Below are positions 1-9,218 of a stretch of DNA of 60,910 bases, in pieces. Source of the DNA: Pseudomonadota bacterium (GTDB lineage Bacteria; Desulfobacterota; Binatia; UBA12015). The first letter of the stretch is position 1, and each line of letters opens with the position of its first letter. The position numbers were made by a program, and so were the translations under genes. A model generated the notes under the pieces. The model did no database searches. It saw only the letters and a program-made list of their open reading frames with translations, and had not been told where the DNA came from. The stretch lies in assembly GCA_005777805.1 (NCBI GenBank), contig SXLG01000115.1:1-60910 (forward strand), in the 5' to 3' direction.

Positions 1-1178
1 ACGGCGATGTCGGGCAGGCGTTGCATGAGTTCGCGGAACATCACCGTGATCTCGCGCCGGGCGAGATGCGCGCCGAGACAGAAATGGGGTCCGGGGCCGC
101 CGAAGCCGACGTGCTCGTTGGGCTTGCGGCGGACGTCGAAGCGGTAGGGATCGGGGAAGACGGCCTCGTCCCGGTTGGCCGAGGAGTACCAGAGCACCAC
201 CTTGTCACCGGCGGCGATGGCCTGGCCGCCGATGGTGGTGTCGCGGGTTGCGGTGCGCCGGAAATGAATCACGGGGGTCGCCCAGCGGACGATCTCCTCG
301 ACGGCGGTCGGTGCGACAGCGTCGAAGTCGGCCTGCCAGATGGCGCGCTCTGTGGGATGCTCGTGCAGGGCCAGCAGGCCATGCGCGATGGCGTTGCGCG
401 TGGTCTCGTTGCCGGCGACCACGAGAAGCACGAAGAATGACGCCAATTCCTGGTAGTCGAGCTTTTCGCCATCGACCTCGGCGTGCAGCAGGGCCGAGGT
501 CAGATCGTCTCGTGGATCGCGTTCGCGCTCGGTGGCGAGCGCACGCATCAGCTCGGCCAGGTCGGCACCGGCCTGCAGCAGGGCGGGGATGATCTGGGCC
601 GGGTCGGAGACGTACTCGGGATCGCCGGCACCGAGGATGACGTTGGTGCGGTCGAAGACGAAACGGTGGTCGCTCGGCGCGATACCCATCATGTTGCAGA
701 TGACTTCGAGCGGGAGTGCGGCTGCGACGTCGGTGACAAAATCACAGCCACCGCGTTCGCTGATGTCGTCCACGACACGCGTGGCGACCCGCTGCACGTC
801 CGCATCCACCTGCGCCAACATGCGGGGCGTGAAACCCCGCGAGACGATCCGCCGCAGACGCGCGTGGCGCGGGTCGTCCATGTTGATCATCGAGCCGAAG
901 AACTCGACGAAGGGGATCGGCAGGTCGGCGATGTTCGAGCCGAGGCCTGAACAGAAGATCTCGGGCTGGCGGCTCGCCTCGAGGATGTCGGCGTAGCGGG
1001 TCAATGCCCAGTAGCCCGGGCCGGGGGGCAGGGGGCCGTAGTCCAGCTCCCTGTGAAAGGAGACCGGCCGCTCTCGGCGCAGCGTGGCAAACGCGGCCTC
1101 TCTCGCCGCGAGTGGGCCAATCCAGAGTTCAGGGTTCGAGAGGTTGACCTCATCGACCGAGGGTTTGTCCGCTGTCAT
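1..1178 (-). CDS. Cytochrome P450 (CYP124/CYP125-like), 3' end runs off the window
   Basis: Absent from the ORF track because there is no stop in the window. Manual minus-strand translation gives MTADKPSVDEVNLS..., I-helix LLVVAGNETTRN, EEIVRW (ExxR) and heme motif FGGPGPHFCLGAHLAR. SD-like AAGGA lies upstream of ATG 1178; alternative ATG at 1187. Confidence 0.92.
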   Translation of the reverse strand, partial: MTADKPSVDEVNLSNPELWIGPLAAREAAFATLRRERPVSFHRELDYGPLPPGPGYWALTRYADILEASRQPEIFCSGLGSNIADLPIPFVEFFGSMINMDDPRHARLRRIVSRGFTPRMLAQVDADVQRVATRVVDDISERGGCDFVTDVAAALPLEVICNMMGIAPSDHRFVFDRTNVILGAGDPEYVSDPAQIIPALLQAGADLAELMRALATERERDPRDDLTSALLHAEVDGEKLDYQELASFFVLLVVAGNETTRNAIAHGLLALHEHPTERAIWQADFDAVAPTAVEEIVRWATPVIHFRRTATRDTTIGGQAIAAGDKVVLWYSSANRDEAVFPDPYRFDVRRKPNEHVGFGGPGPHFCLGAHLARREITVMFRELMQRLPDIA

Positions 1179-1479
1179 TTGTTGCATCCTTCTCGCTGGT
1201 CGTCTTACCCGCCGGGGACGGCATCACCAATCCGCTGTGCGCCTGCATTCGACCTCCTCGGGGGACGCTGTGGGGCGGGTTCAAGCACACCGGCTCTGAC
1301 CCCGTTGTGCCGCCATCCGGCGGGACTGGCCCGTCGCGGTCGCGCCGTGCCCCGCTTCGCGCGTGTGGTGCCGGCGGGCGCGTCGCGCGGCAGTCCGACG
1401 CCGTGACGAGGCCGCACCGTGTCCTCCTTCGAGCCTATGGTGCTGGCTCGCGCCGCTGGCCTGTGGTTGGGGGGATGTC

Positions 1480-2490
1480 GTGGCCTCGTCGCGGCATCCG
1501 GCCTTGGCCTTCGCGATGGCTCCGGGCCTCGAGGCCGCAGTGTTCGAGTCCGGCGAGTTGGCGCGGCTCGCCGCTGTCGCGGAGATCCTCGACCCCCGCC
1601 CACTCGCGGATCTCAGCGAAGCGCGGGCGAGCGGGATCCTCACGCGGGCGGAGATTCTCGTCACCGGCTGGATGTGTCCGTTCCTCGATGCCGCAGTCCT
1701 CGCGCGGGCACCCCGCCTCGGCCTGATCGCGCACGCCGCGGGGACCATCCGCTTCACCGTGCCGCCCGAGGCCTTTACGCGCGGGATCCGCGTGGTCTCG
1801 GCGGCGGCCGCCAACGCCGTGCCGGTGGCCGAGTTCGCATTGGCGGCGATCCTGCTCGCCAACAAGCGTGCTTTTCGATTGCGCGAGATCTACCGCCGGG
1901 AAGCGCGTTCGGCGGCCTTTGAGATGCCGTGGATCGGCAATCGCAGGCGCCGCGTCGGTCTCGTGGGCGCCTCGCGTGTCGGCCGCTGCCTGATCGAACT
2001 CTTGCGCCCTTTCGAAATAGAGGTCTGGGTGACGGACCCGTTTCTCGATCAGGCTGAGGCCACAGCTCTCGGCGTGCGTCTGGCGAGTCTGCAAGACCTG
2101 CTCGCCGCTTGCGAGGTCGTGAGCCTGCACGCGCCGCTGCTCGACTCGACCCGCGGCATGATCGGCCCGCGCGAACTCGCACTGATGCGCTCCGGGGCCA
2201 CGCTGATCAACACGGCGCGCGGCGCTCTGGTCGATGAAGAGGCGCTTGTCCGCGAGGTGGCGAGCGGGCGCATCGATGCCGTGCTCGACACGGTCGAGCC
2301 CGAGCCACCGACCCGTGAATCCGCCCTCTACGCGACCGAGGGCATCTTCCTCACGCCGCATATCGCGGGGGCGATGGGCGCGGAGGTGGCGCGACTCGGC
2401 GCGCTCGTCGTCGACGAGATCGAGCGCTTCGTGGCGGGCCAGCCCCTCCGTCACGAGGTGCGGGCCGAGGATCTGCGGCGCCTGGCCTGA
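1480..2490 (+). CDS. D-isomer-specific 2-hydroxyacid dehydrogenase
   Basis: GLVGASRVG dinucleotide fold, SLHAPL, INTARG, D..EPEP, LTPHIAG. GTG 1480 chosen within ORF 1363..2490; start uncertain. Confidence 0.85.
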   Translation: MASSRHPALAFAMAPGLEAAVFESGELARLAAVAEILDPRPLADLSEARASGILTRAEILVTGWMCPFLDAAVLARAPRLGLIAHAAGTIRFTVPPEAFTRGIRVVSAAAANAVPVAEFALAAILLANKRAFRLREIYRREARSAAFEMPWIGNRRRRVGLVGASRVGRCLIELLRPFEIEVWVTDPFLDQAEATALGVRLASLQDLLAACEVVSLHAPLLDSTRGMIGPRELALMRSGATLINTARGALVDEEALVREVASGRIDAVLDTVEPEPPTRESALYATEGIFLTPHIAGAMGAEVARLGALVVDEIERFVAGQPLRHEVRAEDLRRLA

Positions 2491-2659
2491 GCCACAGCGC
2501 CTGTGTCGGGCGCGGGCGCCCCGTCGTGCCCGCCCGGGGATCGTGCTACCGCGCGTCAATCATCACTCCGTCGCCATCGTCGGCGCGGGGCGTGCTCCGT
2601 CGTTTCCGTCCGAGGACGCGCTGCCGCGTGTCCTCGGCATCGTTCGGCCGCGGGCGTTC

Positions 2660-3814
2660 TCAGTCGCGCCCGAGGATCGCGATGCCGCAGGTGGTGGGCG
2701 GGCCGCCGATGTTGTGGCTGAGCGCCAGCCGGGCATTCGGAACCTGACGCGGGCCGGCGCGTCCCTGGAGCTGGAGGGTGTTCTCGTAGATCATGCGCAC
2801 CCCGGTGGCGCCGGTGGGATGGCCGAAGGTCTTCAGTCCGCCATCGGTGTTGACCGGCAGTTCGCCGCCGATCTGGAAGGTGCCGCTCGCGATATGCTCG
2901 CGGGCGCTGCCGCGCGGGCACAGGCCGAGGTCCTCGTAGGTCAGGAGCTCGGTCAACGTGAAGCAATCGTGCACCTGACAGACGTCGAGTTCGCGGAAGG
3001 GGTCGCTGATCCCCGCCATGGCGTAGGCCGCCTTGGCCGCGTACTGGGTCGGCTTCCAGCCGAGGAAATCGAAGTTCGGGTCGCGCTGCGGATGCTCGCT
3101 GACCGCGATGGTCACCGCTTTGACCAGCACCGGGTCGTCGCGGAAGGAGCGGGCTCCCGAGGCGCGGGTCAGGATGGCCGCCGCAGCGCCGTCGGACTGC
3201 GCGGCGCAGTCATAGAGGCCAAAGGGCCACGAGATCATGCGCGCGTTCAGCGCGTCCTCGACAGTGATTTCGCGCTTGAGCATCGACTTGGGCGCGAGCG
3301 TGCCGTTGTGATGATTCTTGACGGCGATGCGGGCGAGGTCCTCGCGGCCGGCGCCGTAGGTCTCGAAGTAGCGCGCCGCACAGAGCGAAAACCAACCGGC
3401 CGGGGTGGAGGGCAGCCCGCGCACGCGGTCGAAGTTGATCGAGGGGCCGGAGACGCCGCGATCCTTGGGCTTGTCGAAACCCACCACCAGGACGGTGTCG
3501 TAGACGCCCGCGGCGACCGAGAAAGCCCCGAAGCGGAAAGCGTCGGTGCCGGTGTGGCAGTAGTCGGACACCATGCTGATCGGCTTGCCGAAGAGCTTGA
3601 GCGCCTCGGCCACTTCCGAGCTGCCATCGCGCGGGTAGACCGCGCCGCAGAAGACGGCGTCGATCTGTCGCGGGGCGTCCTCGATGCCGGCGTCCTCGTA
3701 GGCCTCGTAGACCGCATCGACGATCATGTCCTCGCGCGAGCGGTCCCAGTTCTCGCCGAACTTGCAGCAACCGACGCCGACGACCGCGACCTTGTCCCGG
3801 ATCGACTCGCTCAT
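2660..3814 (-). CDS. Thiolase-family protein (SCP2-thiolase/PhlC-like acetyl-CoA acyltransferase)
   Basis: VAVVGVG, SDYCHTG (catalytic Cys position), KNHHNG, VHDCF, GHPTGATG, HNIGG. ATG overlaps the upstream TGA (ATGA). Confidence 0.9.
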   Translation of the reverse strand: MSESIRDKVAVVGVGCCKFGENWDRSREDMIVDAVYEAYEDAGIEDAPRQIDAVFCGAVYPRDGSSEVAEALKLFGKPISMVSDYCHTGTDAFRFGAFSVAAGVYDTVLVVGFDKPKDRGVSGPSINFDRVRGLPSTPAGWFSLCAARYFETYGAGREDLARIAVKNHHNGTLAPKSMLKREITVEDALNARMISWPFGLYDCAAQSDGAAAAILTRASGARSFRDDPVLVKAVTIAVSEHPQRDPNFDFLGWKPTQYAAKAAYAMAGISDPFRELDVCQVHDCFTLTELLTYEDLGLCPRGSAREHIASGTFQIGGELPVNTDGGLKTFGHPTGATGVRMIYENTLQLQGRAGPRQVPNARLALSHNIGGPPTTCGIAILGRD

Positions 3815-5232
3815 GCGATTTCTCCCTGCGCGACGGGTCGGGCTTTCCAGAAATAGTTGGCCTTGCCGCCGGCGTCGTGAATCTTGCGGAAAACGTACTC
3901 GACCGGGAGGTCCAGGCGGACGTCCTCGGCGCGCACATCGACGAGCTGGATGTTCACCCGGCAGCCGTCGACCTCGGTGATGGTCATGATGGTTGGCGGC
4001 TCGGCCGCGGGGAAGAAGTAGTCGAAGGTGTAGGAGAGCACGCGGCCCACGGAGCCCGAGAGCCGGTGCGGCCGCCACTGGTCCTTGGCGCGGCAGCCGT
4101 AACAAACGCGCGGGCGCGGAAAGTGGACCAGCCCGCAGGCCGTGCACGCAGCTCCCACGAACGAGATGTCGGCGTCACGCTCGCGGAAGCGGATCGTGGC
4201 CGAGAGGCCGACGTCACCGCCCGCCGGCCATTCGCGGGCGTCGAGGCGTCTGCCGCGCAGGTAGGCGTCGTAGGAGCGCAAGGGGCGGCGTCGATCGAGA
4301 TGCCCCGCTACGCCACGGCGCGGCGGCAACTGGGCGATCCCCGGGAGCACTTCGAAAGCCATCGCGTGCGCACCGTCGCCGTAGCCGGCCACCAGCAGCA
4401 ACTCGCCGGCGCGTGCTTTCTCCAGTGCCGCGACGAGCAGCAGCGGCGCGAACGCCGCGCCGGCGTTGCCGACGCGGCCAAAGAGCGGATCCTGCAGTTG
4501 TTCGGGTTTGAGCCCGAGCGGGCGCAGGAGAGAGGCGCTGGCCCGCGCGTCGGGGGTGAAGAGGGCCGCACGGCTCACCTGTCCGGGCTCGAGCCCGCTG
4601 CGCGCGAAGAGCGCCCGCAGCGCCTCGATCATGTTGGGCGTGTAACCCTCCTGGATCGCGAAGCGGTCCTCCCAGGAATGGGTGAAATCCTCGCCCTCGA
4701 GTCGCCACAGGTCCTGCATCTCGTTCGAGATCGCCTGACTGCCGCGCAGCGTGGCAATGCCATCGCCGGCGCCGACGAGAAAGGCAGCCGCGGCGTCGCC
4801 GAAATTCGCCTCGAGTGCGCCGCGTGGCGCACCCATGCGGCAATCGCTCGCCAGCACCAGCACGTTGCGCGCGCGGCCACTGGCGACGGCGTCATGCGCC
4901 CATTCGAGCGCGGTCAGGCCGCAGCGCAAGGACCCGGAGAGGTCGGCCGAATGCACTTCGCGGCGCAGATCGAGCGCCTTGGCGATCACCGCCGCGCCCT
5001 GCTTCTCGCGCAGCGGATAGCTGGTCGAGGCGAAGAGGACGGCATCGACCTCGTCGCGGTCGATCGAGCCCAGGCAATCGATGGCGGCCGCGACCGCCAT
5101 GGTGATCGCGTCTTCGTCGTCGCTCGCGATCGCTTTCTCTGGGCCGCCGTCCTTGGCCGGCCGACCCGAGATCAGGGCCAGCGGCAAGCGAGTCAACGGG
5201 ATGTAGGCGCCGAACGCGCGGATTCCACTCAT
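3811..5232 (-). CDS. HMG-CoA-synthase-like (FabH fold) domain fused to a C-terminal Zn-ribbon/OB-fold (DUF35) domain
   Basis: N-terminal FGAYIP..EDAITMAVAAA..LFASTS..LVLASD..FGDAAAA..GNAGAA; C-terminal CTACG..FPRPRVCYGC..GRVLSYTF..VEYVFRK. Confidence 0.85.
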   Translation of the reverse strand: MSGIRAFGAYIPLTRLPLALISGRPAKDGGPEKAIASDDEDAITMAVAAAIDCLGSIDRDEVDAVLFASTSYPLREKQGAAVIAKALDLRREVHSADLSGSLRCGLTALEWAHDAVASGRARNVLVLASDCRMGAPRGALEANFGDAAAAFLVGAGDGIATLRGSQAISNEMQDLWRLEGEDFTHSWEDRFAIQEGYTPNMIEALRALFARSGLEPGQVSRAALFTPDARASASLLRPLGLKPEQLQDPLFGRVGNAGAAFAPLLLVAALEKARAGELLLVAGYGDGAHAMAFEVLPGIAQLPPRRGVAGHLDRRRPLRSYDAYLRGRRLDAREWPAGGDVGLSATIRFRERDADISFVGAACTACGLVHFPRPRVCYGCRAKDQWRPHRLSGSVGRVLSYTFDYFFPAAEPPTIMTITEVDGCRVNIQLVDVRAEDVRLDLPVEYVFRKIHDAGGKANYFWKARPVAQGEIA

Positions 5233-5354
5233 GCGCGGGTCTTCCTTCCGACGTCGAATGGGAACGACGAGCGAGTGCCCGCTAGCATCCCCGTTTTGTG
5301 AGGGAAACCGCGATTCCACTTGCGCGGCGCGTCGCGATCCACGACGCAGCGCGG

Positions 5355-6137
5355 GTGCGTGTTGCGAGCTGGAACGTCAACGGCATCCGGGCCCGGCTCG
5401 ACCACGTCCTCGAGTGGCTCGCCGAACGCGCGCCGGATGTCGTCGGCCTGCAGGAGATCAAGGCGGAGGCCGCGGGCTTTCCCGCCGCTGCTTTCGAGGC
5501 CGCGGGCTACCAGATGGCTCTCCATAGCCAGAAGGCGTGGAACGGCGTGGCGATCCTGTCGCGACATGCCATCGAGGGGATCGAATGCGGCCTGCCGGGG
5601 CGCGAGGCTCAGGGCGCGCGTCTGATCACGGCAGCCACGGCGGGTCTCGAGTTCACGAGCGTCTACGTGCCCAACGGCAAGACGCTCGATCACCCCGACT
5701 ACCCGCTGAAGCTCGCGTGGCTCGCCGCCTTGCGCGAACATTTTGCGCGGCGCGCCGTTGGCGTCGCGCCGCGCGTGGTTCTGGGCGACTTCAACGTCTG
5801 CCCGAGCGCCATCGACAGTTGGAACGAGGCCGCCTTCCACGGACAGATCTTCCATACCGAGGCGGAGAGGAGTGCGATCGCCGCTCTCCATGAGATCGGT
5901 CTCGTCGACGCGTGGCGGTTGCTCCACCCCGACGAGCCCGGCTTTTCCTGGTGGGACTATCGCGACGGGGCACTGCATCGCGGCCACGGCCTGCGTATCG
6001 ATTTTGTGCTGGTTGACGAAGTTCTGCGTGGCCGGGTCGAACGAGCCTGGGTCGATCGCGACTACCGCAAGAAGCGCGAGGGGCGGACGCCCTCGGATCA
6101 CGCGCCGGTGATCGTCGACCTCCGGGGGGAGGCCTGA
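5355..6137 (+). CDS. xth: Exodeoxyribonuclease III / AP endonuclease
   Basis: RVASWNVNGIR, LQEIK, NGVAILS, YVPNG, GDFN, SWWDYR, GLRID, SDHAP. Start GTG 5355 matches the canonical N-terminus; the ORF is open from 5298. Confidence 0.95.
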   Translation: MRVASWNVNGIRARLDHVLEWLAERAPDVVGLQEIKAEAAGFPAAAFEAAGYQMALHSQKAWNGVAILSRHAIEGIECGLPGREAQGARLITAATAGLEFTSVYVPNGKTLDHPDYPLKLAWLAALREHFARRAVGVAPRVVLGDFNVCPSAIDSWNEAAFHGQIFHTEAERSAIAALHEIGLVDAWRLLHPDEPGFSWWDYRDGALHRGHGLRIDFVLVDEVLRGRVERAWVDRDYRKKREGRTPSDHAPVIVDLRGEA

Positions 6138-7432
6138 TGGCCGGCGTGGTGCTGGCGTCGGCGTCGCCACGGCGCAGGGACCTGCTTGCGCGTGTGGTGT
6201 GGCCCTACACGATCCGGCCCGCGGATCTCGACGAGACCGCACTTCCCGGCGAGAATCCACGGGCCCATGTCGAGCGCCTCGCGCGCGAGAAAGCTTGCGC
6301 GGTGTCGCGCGAGCATCCCGGCGAATGGGTCCTCGGTGCCGACACGGTCGTGGTGCTGGGCGACCGGATTCTGGGTAAACCCGGAGACGAGCGCGCGGCC
6401 AGTGCGATGCTGAGCGCGCTCCAGGGCCGGACCCACGAGGTGCTGACCGGGGTGAGCTGGGTCCGCGACGGCTCGGTCCGCGCCAGCGGCGTGGCGTCAA
6501 GTAATGTACGGTTCCGGCCTATGACAGACGCCGAGATCGCGGCCTACGCCGCAACCACGGAACCGCTCGACAAGGCCGGAGCCTACGCACTGCAGGGCCG
6601 GGGCGGGGCTTTCGTCGCCGGAGTGGAGGGCGAGATCAGCAACGTGATTGGCCTGCCGCTCGAGTTCACGGCTCGGCTCTCCCGCGCGGCGGGCGTGCCC
6701 ATGCCCGAAGGTGAGCTGCCGCCCGAGGCCGTCGCGCCGCGCTGGCGCGCGGTGCGCGACGAGATCTGCGGTCTCGCCGTGGCCAGTGGCCGCACCCCAG
6801 GCGACGTCCGGCTCGTGGCCGTGAGCAAGGGCCAGTCCGACGCCCGGGTAAATGCGGCGACCCTCGCCGGTGCCGCCGATCTCGGCGAGAATTACGTCCG
6901 CGAGGGCGAGGCGAGGCGGGCTAGGTGTGACCCCGAGCATCGCCTGCGCTGGCACCTGATCGGGCCCCTTCAAACCAATAAATCAGGCGGCGCGGCGCGC
7001 GCTTTCGATCTGATCCACACGATCGATCGCGAGGCCGTGGCCGAGGCGCTGCTCCGGGCAGCAGAGGGCCCGCTCGAGGTGCTGGTTCAGGTCAACGTCG
7101 CCGGCGACGCGGCCAAGGCAGGCGTGACACCGGGCGATCTGCCGGGGCTGGTCGAGCGGCTGCGACAGCGGCCGGGCTTGTCGCTGCGTGGCCTCATGAC
7201 CATCGGCCGTGCCGGCGCGCCACCAGCCGAGACTCGCCAGACCTTTGTCGCTTTGCGCGAGCTGCGCGACTGCCTCTGCGAGTGTGGCCTCGGCCCGCTC
7301 CCCGAGTTGTCGATGGGAATGAGCGGAGACTATGCTCTCGCCGTCGCCGAGGGGGCGACCCTCGTGCGGATCGGTACGGCTATCTTCGGCCGACGCGGCG
7401 CGGGTCGGCGAGCGGAAAGTGCGGAGGGTTGA
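6137..7432 (+). CDS. Fusion of a Maf (YhdE-type nucleoside triphosphate pyrophosphatase) and a YggS/PLP homeostasis protein
   Basis: aa 1-190: LASASPRR, GADTVV, GKP, DKAGAYALQG, NVIGLP (Maf). Remainder: VAVSK, GENY, HLIGPLQTNK, QVNVAG..K.G, GLMT, LSMGMSGDY, VRIGTAIFG (YggS). One 431-aa ORF with no internal stop. Confidence 0.9.
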   Translation: MAGVVLASASPRRRDLLARVVWPYTIRPADLDETALPGENPRAHVERLAREKACAVSREHPGEWVLGADTVVVLGDRILGKPGDERAASAMLSALQGRTHEVLTGVSWVRDGSVRASGVASSNVRFRPMTDAEIAAYAATTEPLDKAGAYALQGRGGAFVAGVEGEISNVIGLPLEFTARLSRAAGVPMPEGELPPEAVAPRWRAVRDEICGLAVASGRTPGDVRLVAVSKGQSDARVNAATLAGAADLGENYVREGEARRARCDPEHRLRWHLIGPLQTNKSGGAARAFDLIHTIDREAVAEALLRAAEGPLEVLVQVNVAGDAAKAGVTPGDLPGLVERLRQRPGLSLRGLMTIGRAGAPPAETRQTFVALRELRDCLCECGLGPLPELSMGMSGDYALAVAEGATLVRIGTAIFGRRGAGRRAESAEG

Positions 7433-8241
7433 TGCGCATCGGGTTCGTTGGGGGCGGCAACATGGCATGCGCGCTGGCGGGCGGCCTGCGCCGGGCTGGG
7501 CCCGAAGGGGCGGTGGCCGTTTTTGCGATCGATCCTCTGGCCGCGGCAGCGGAGCGCTTTGCTGCCGAGACCGGTGGCGCGATTCTCCCCGATCTCGAAG
7601 CGCTCGTGGCGGCGACCGACGTGCTCGTTCTGGCGGTCAAGCCACAAGCGATGCCGGCTCTTCTGCCCGAGCTGGCCCGTGTACTCCCCGCGGGAGAACA
7701 CCTCGTCGTCTCCATCGCGGCCGGCATCACGCTTAGGACTCTCGCGCGTTCGCTCGGGGAGAGGGCGCGACTGGTGCGGGCGATGCCCAACACTCCGGCG
7801 CTTGTCGGGCGCGGCGCAACCGTTCTGGTCGCCGGCGCCAGGGCCACGTTGGGCGATGCCGAGCGGGCGCGCGAGATCTTCGCGGCCGTGGGCCAGGCCT
7901 GGGTGGTCGCCGACGAGGGCTTGCTCGATGCCGTCACGGCGGTGAGCGGCAGCGGTCCGGGCTTCGTTTTCGCCTGGGCCGAAGCGTTCATCGGGGCGGC
8001 CGAGGGGGTGGGCTTGCCGCCGGATCTGGCCGTGGAGTTGGTTCGTGCCACGTTGGTCGGCTCCGGGATTCTCTGGCAGGAGGGCGAGCGTACGGCCGGC
8101 GAGCTGCGCGCCATGGTGACTTCGCCCGGCGGCACGACTCAGGCGGGACTCGAGGCGCTGGCCGCGGGAGGATTCGCGGCGGCGGTTCGGGCCGCGGTCG
8201 AGGCCGCAGCGCGGCGCTCACGGGAACTCTCGGGCCACTGA
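7432..8241 (+). CDS. proC: Pyrroline-5-carboxylate reductase
   Basis: IGFVGGGNMA, LAVKPQ, SIAAGI, RAMPNTP, AVSGSGP, VTSPGGTT. TGATG coupling with the upstream gene. Confidence 0.97.
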   Translation: MRIGFVGGGNMACALAGGLRRAGPEGAVAVFAIDPLAAAAERFAAETGGAILPDLEALVAATDVLVLAVKPQAMPALLPELARVLPAGEHLVVSIAAGITLRTLARSLGERARLVRAMPNTPALVGRGATVLVAGARATLGDAERAREIFAAVGQAWVVADEGLLDAVTAVSGSGPGFVFAWAEAFIGAAEGVGLPPDLAVELVRATLVGSGILWQEGERTAGELRAMVTSPGGTTQAGLEALAAGGFAAAVRAAVEAAARRSRELSGH

Positions 8242-8257
8242 GAGCAAGGAGGATCAT

Positions 8258-8572
8258 TTGTTCATCGTCGCCAACTTCGTCACCGCGTTTGCCCAGCTTC
8301 TGCAGGCCCTCCTGCAGATCTATTTCTACGTCGTCATCGGTGCCGTGGTGGTGAGCTGGGTGCGAGCCGATCCCTACAACCCGATCGTCCGCTTCCTCTA
8401 CGGCGCGACCGAGCCGGTGCTGACGCGTTTGCGCCGGACGCTGCCCCTGGTCTTCGGGGGCATGGACTTCAGCCCCTTGATTCTCCTCCTCGCGATCCAG
8501 TTCCTGCAGGCCTTCCTCGTTCGTTCGCTCTTCCAGATCGGGGTGGGGCTTGGTGGACAAAGCGGGTTCTGA
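8258..8572 (+). CDS. yggT: YggT family membrane protein
   Basis: VSWV..DPYNPIVRFLYGATEPVL..LRR..P..GGMDFSPL. TTG start after an AAGGAGG SD. Typical yggS-proC-yggT synteny. Confidence 0.93.
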   Translation: MFIVANFVTAFAQLLQALLQIYFYVVIGAVVVSWVRADPYNPIVRFLYGATEPVLTRLRRTLPLVFGGMDFSPLILLLAIQFLQAFLVRSLFQIGVGLGGQSGF

Positions 8573-8607
8573 GGCCTAAGTTCCCGCCCGACCAGGAGCC
8601 GATCGCC

Positions 8608-8967
8608 ATGCCGATCTACGAATATCGCTGCCCCAAATGCGGGGACTTCGACGTCATGCAGAAGATCACTGAGGGTCCGCTCCGTAAGTGCCCAACCTGC
8701 AAGGCGAAGGTCACCAAGTTGATGTCCAGCACGGCGTTCCAGTTGAAGGGCAGCGGCTGGTACATCACCGACTACGGCCGTGGCGGCCAGAAGCCCGGCT
8801 CTGCTGAGGCGGCGAAGGCCGAGACCTCCGGCAGCACGGACGGCGGCTCGATCTCATCGGAGAAGAGTTCGGCCAGCACCGACACCAGCTCGACCGAGAA
8901 GAAGCCCGACAAGAAGCCCGGCAAGGCCAAGGCCAAGAGCGGCGGCGAATCGTCTGCTGCCGCCTGA
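8608..8967 (+). CDS. FmdB-family zinc-ribbon protein with a Ser/Lys-rich tail
   Basis: MPIYEYRCPKCG...CPTCK...FQLKGSGWYITDY signature; AGGAG SD. Confidence 0.9.
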   Translation: MPIYEYRCPKCGDFDVMQKITEGPLRKCPTCKAKVTKLMSSTAFQLKGSGWYITDYGRGGQKPGSAEAAKAETSGSTDGGSISSEKSSASTDTSSTEKKPDKKPGKAKAKSGGESSAAA

Positions 8968-8974
8968 AGCGGGC

Positions 8975-9078
8975 GGCTGAATCTCGTCGCCCCGCGATCC
9001 AGCGGCGGGTGCTGAACGCGCGACCAGCGCCTTGGCCCCGGGGGGCTGAATCTCGTCGCGCGGCAAGCCAGTGGCGGG
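8975..9078. repeat. Intergenic direct repeat: GGCTGAATCTCGTCGC twice, each within a ~35-nt imperfect unit
   Basis: Exact 16-mers at 8975-8990 and 9044-9059 (69-bp period), each followed by a similar CCAG(C/T)GGCGGG tail. Possible degenerate third copy near 9101. Confidence 0.7.
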
Positions 9079-9163
9079 GTTTCGAGAGGTGACGCCAGGG
9101 GGCAGCGATCTTGTCCCCTGAGGAGATCACCCCGCGGGTCCTGGCGGGCGCCCGGGGCGTCGC

Positions 9164-9200
9164 GTCGGCCGGGCCTCCGCTGGGCGGAGCTCCGGCCGAC
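9164..9200. terminator. Long GC-rich hairpin between convergent genes (probable terminator/stabiliser)
   Basis: GTCGGCCGG-GC-CTCCGC-TGG-GCGGAG-CT-CCGGCCGAC, just downstream of the phasin-like stop. No clear U-tract. Confidence 0.5.
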
Positions 9201-9218
9201 ACGTCAGCGTGCGGCTTC

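Noticed and set aside
21-996. Plus-strand ORFs 21..440, 483..950 and 532..996
   Set aside because: Antisense shadows of the P450 gene, which has all the hallmark motifs on the minus strand.
1205-1417. Minus-strand 70-codon ORF with a perfect AAGGAGG SD before GTG 1417
   Set aside because: Arg/Pro/Ala-rich shadow-like composition and no motif. The SD alone is insufficient; ribosome profiling would be needed.
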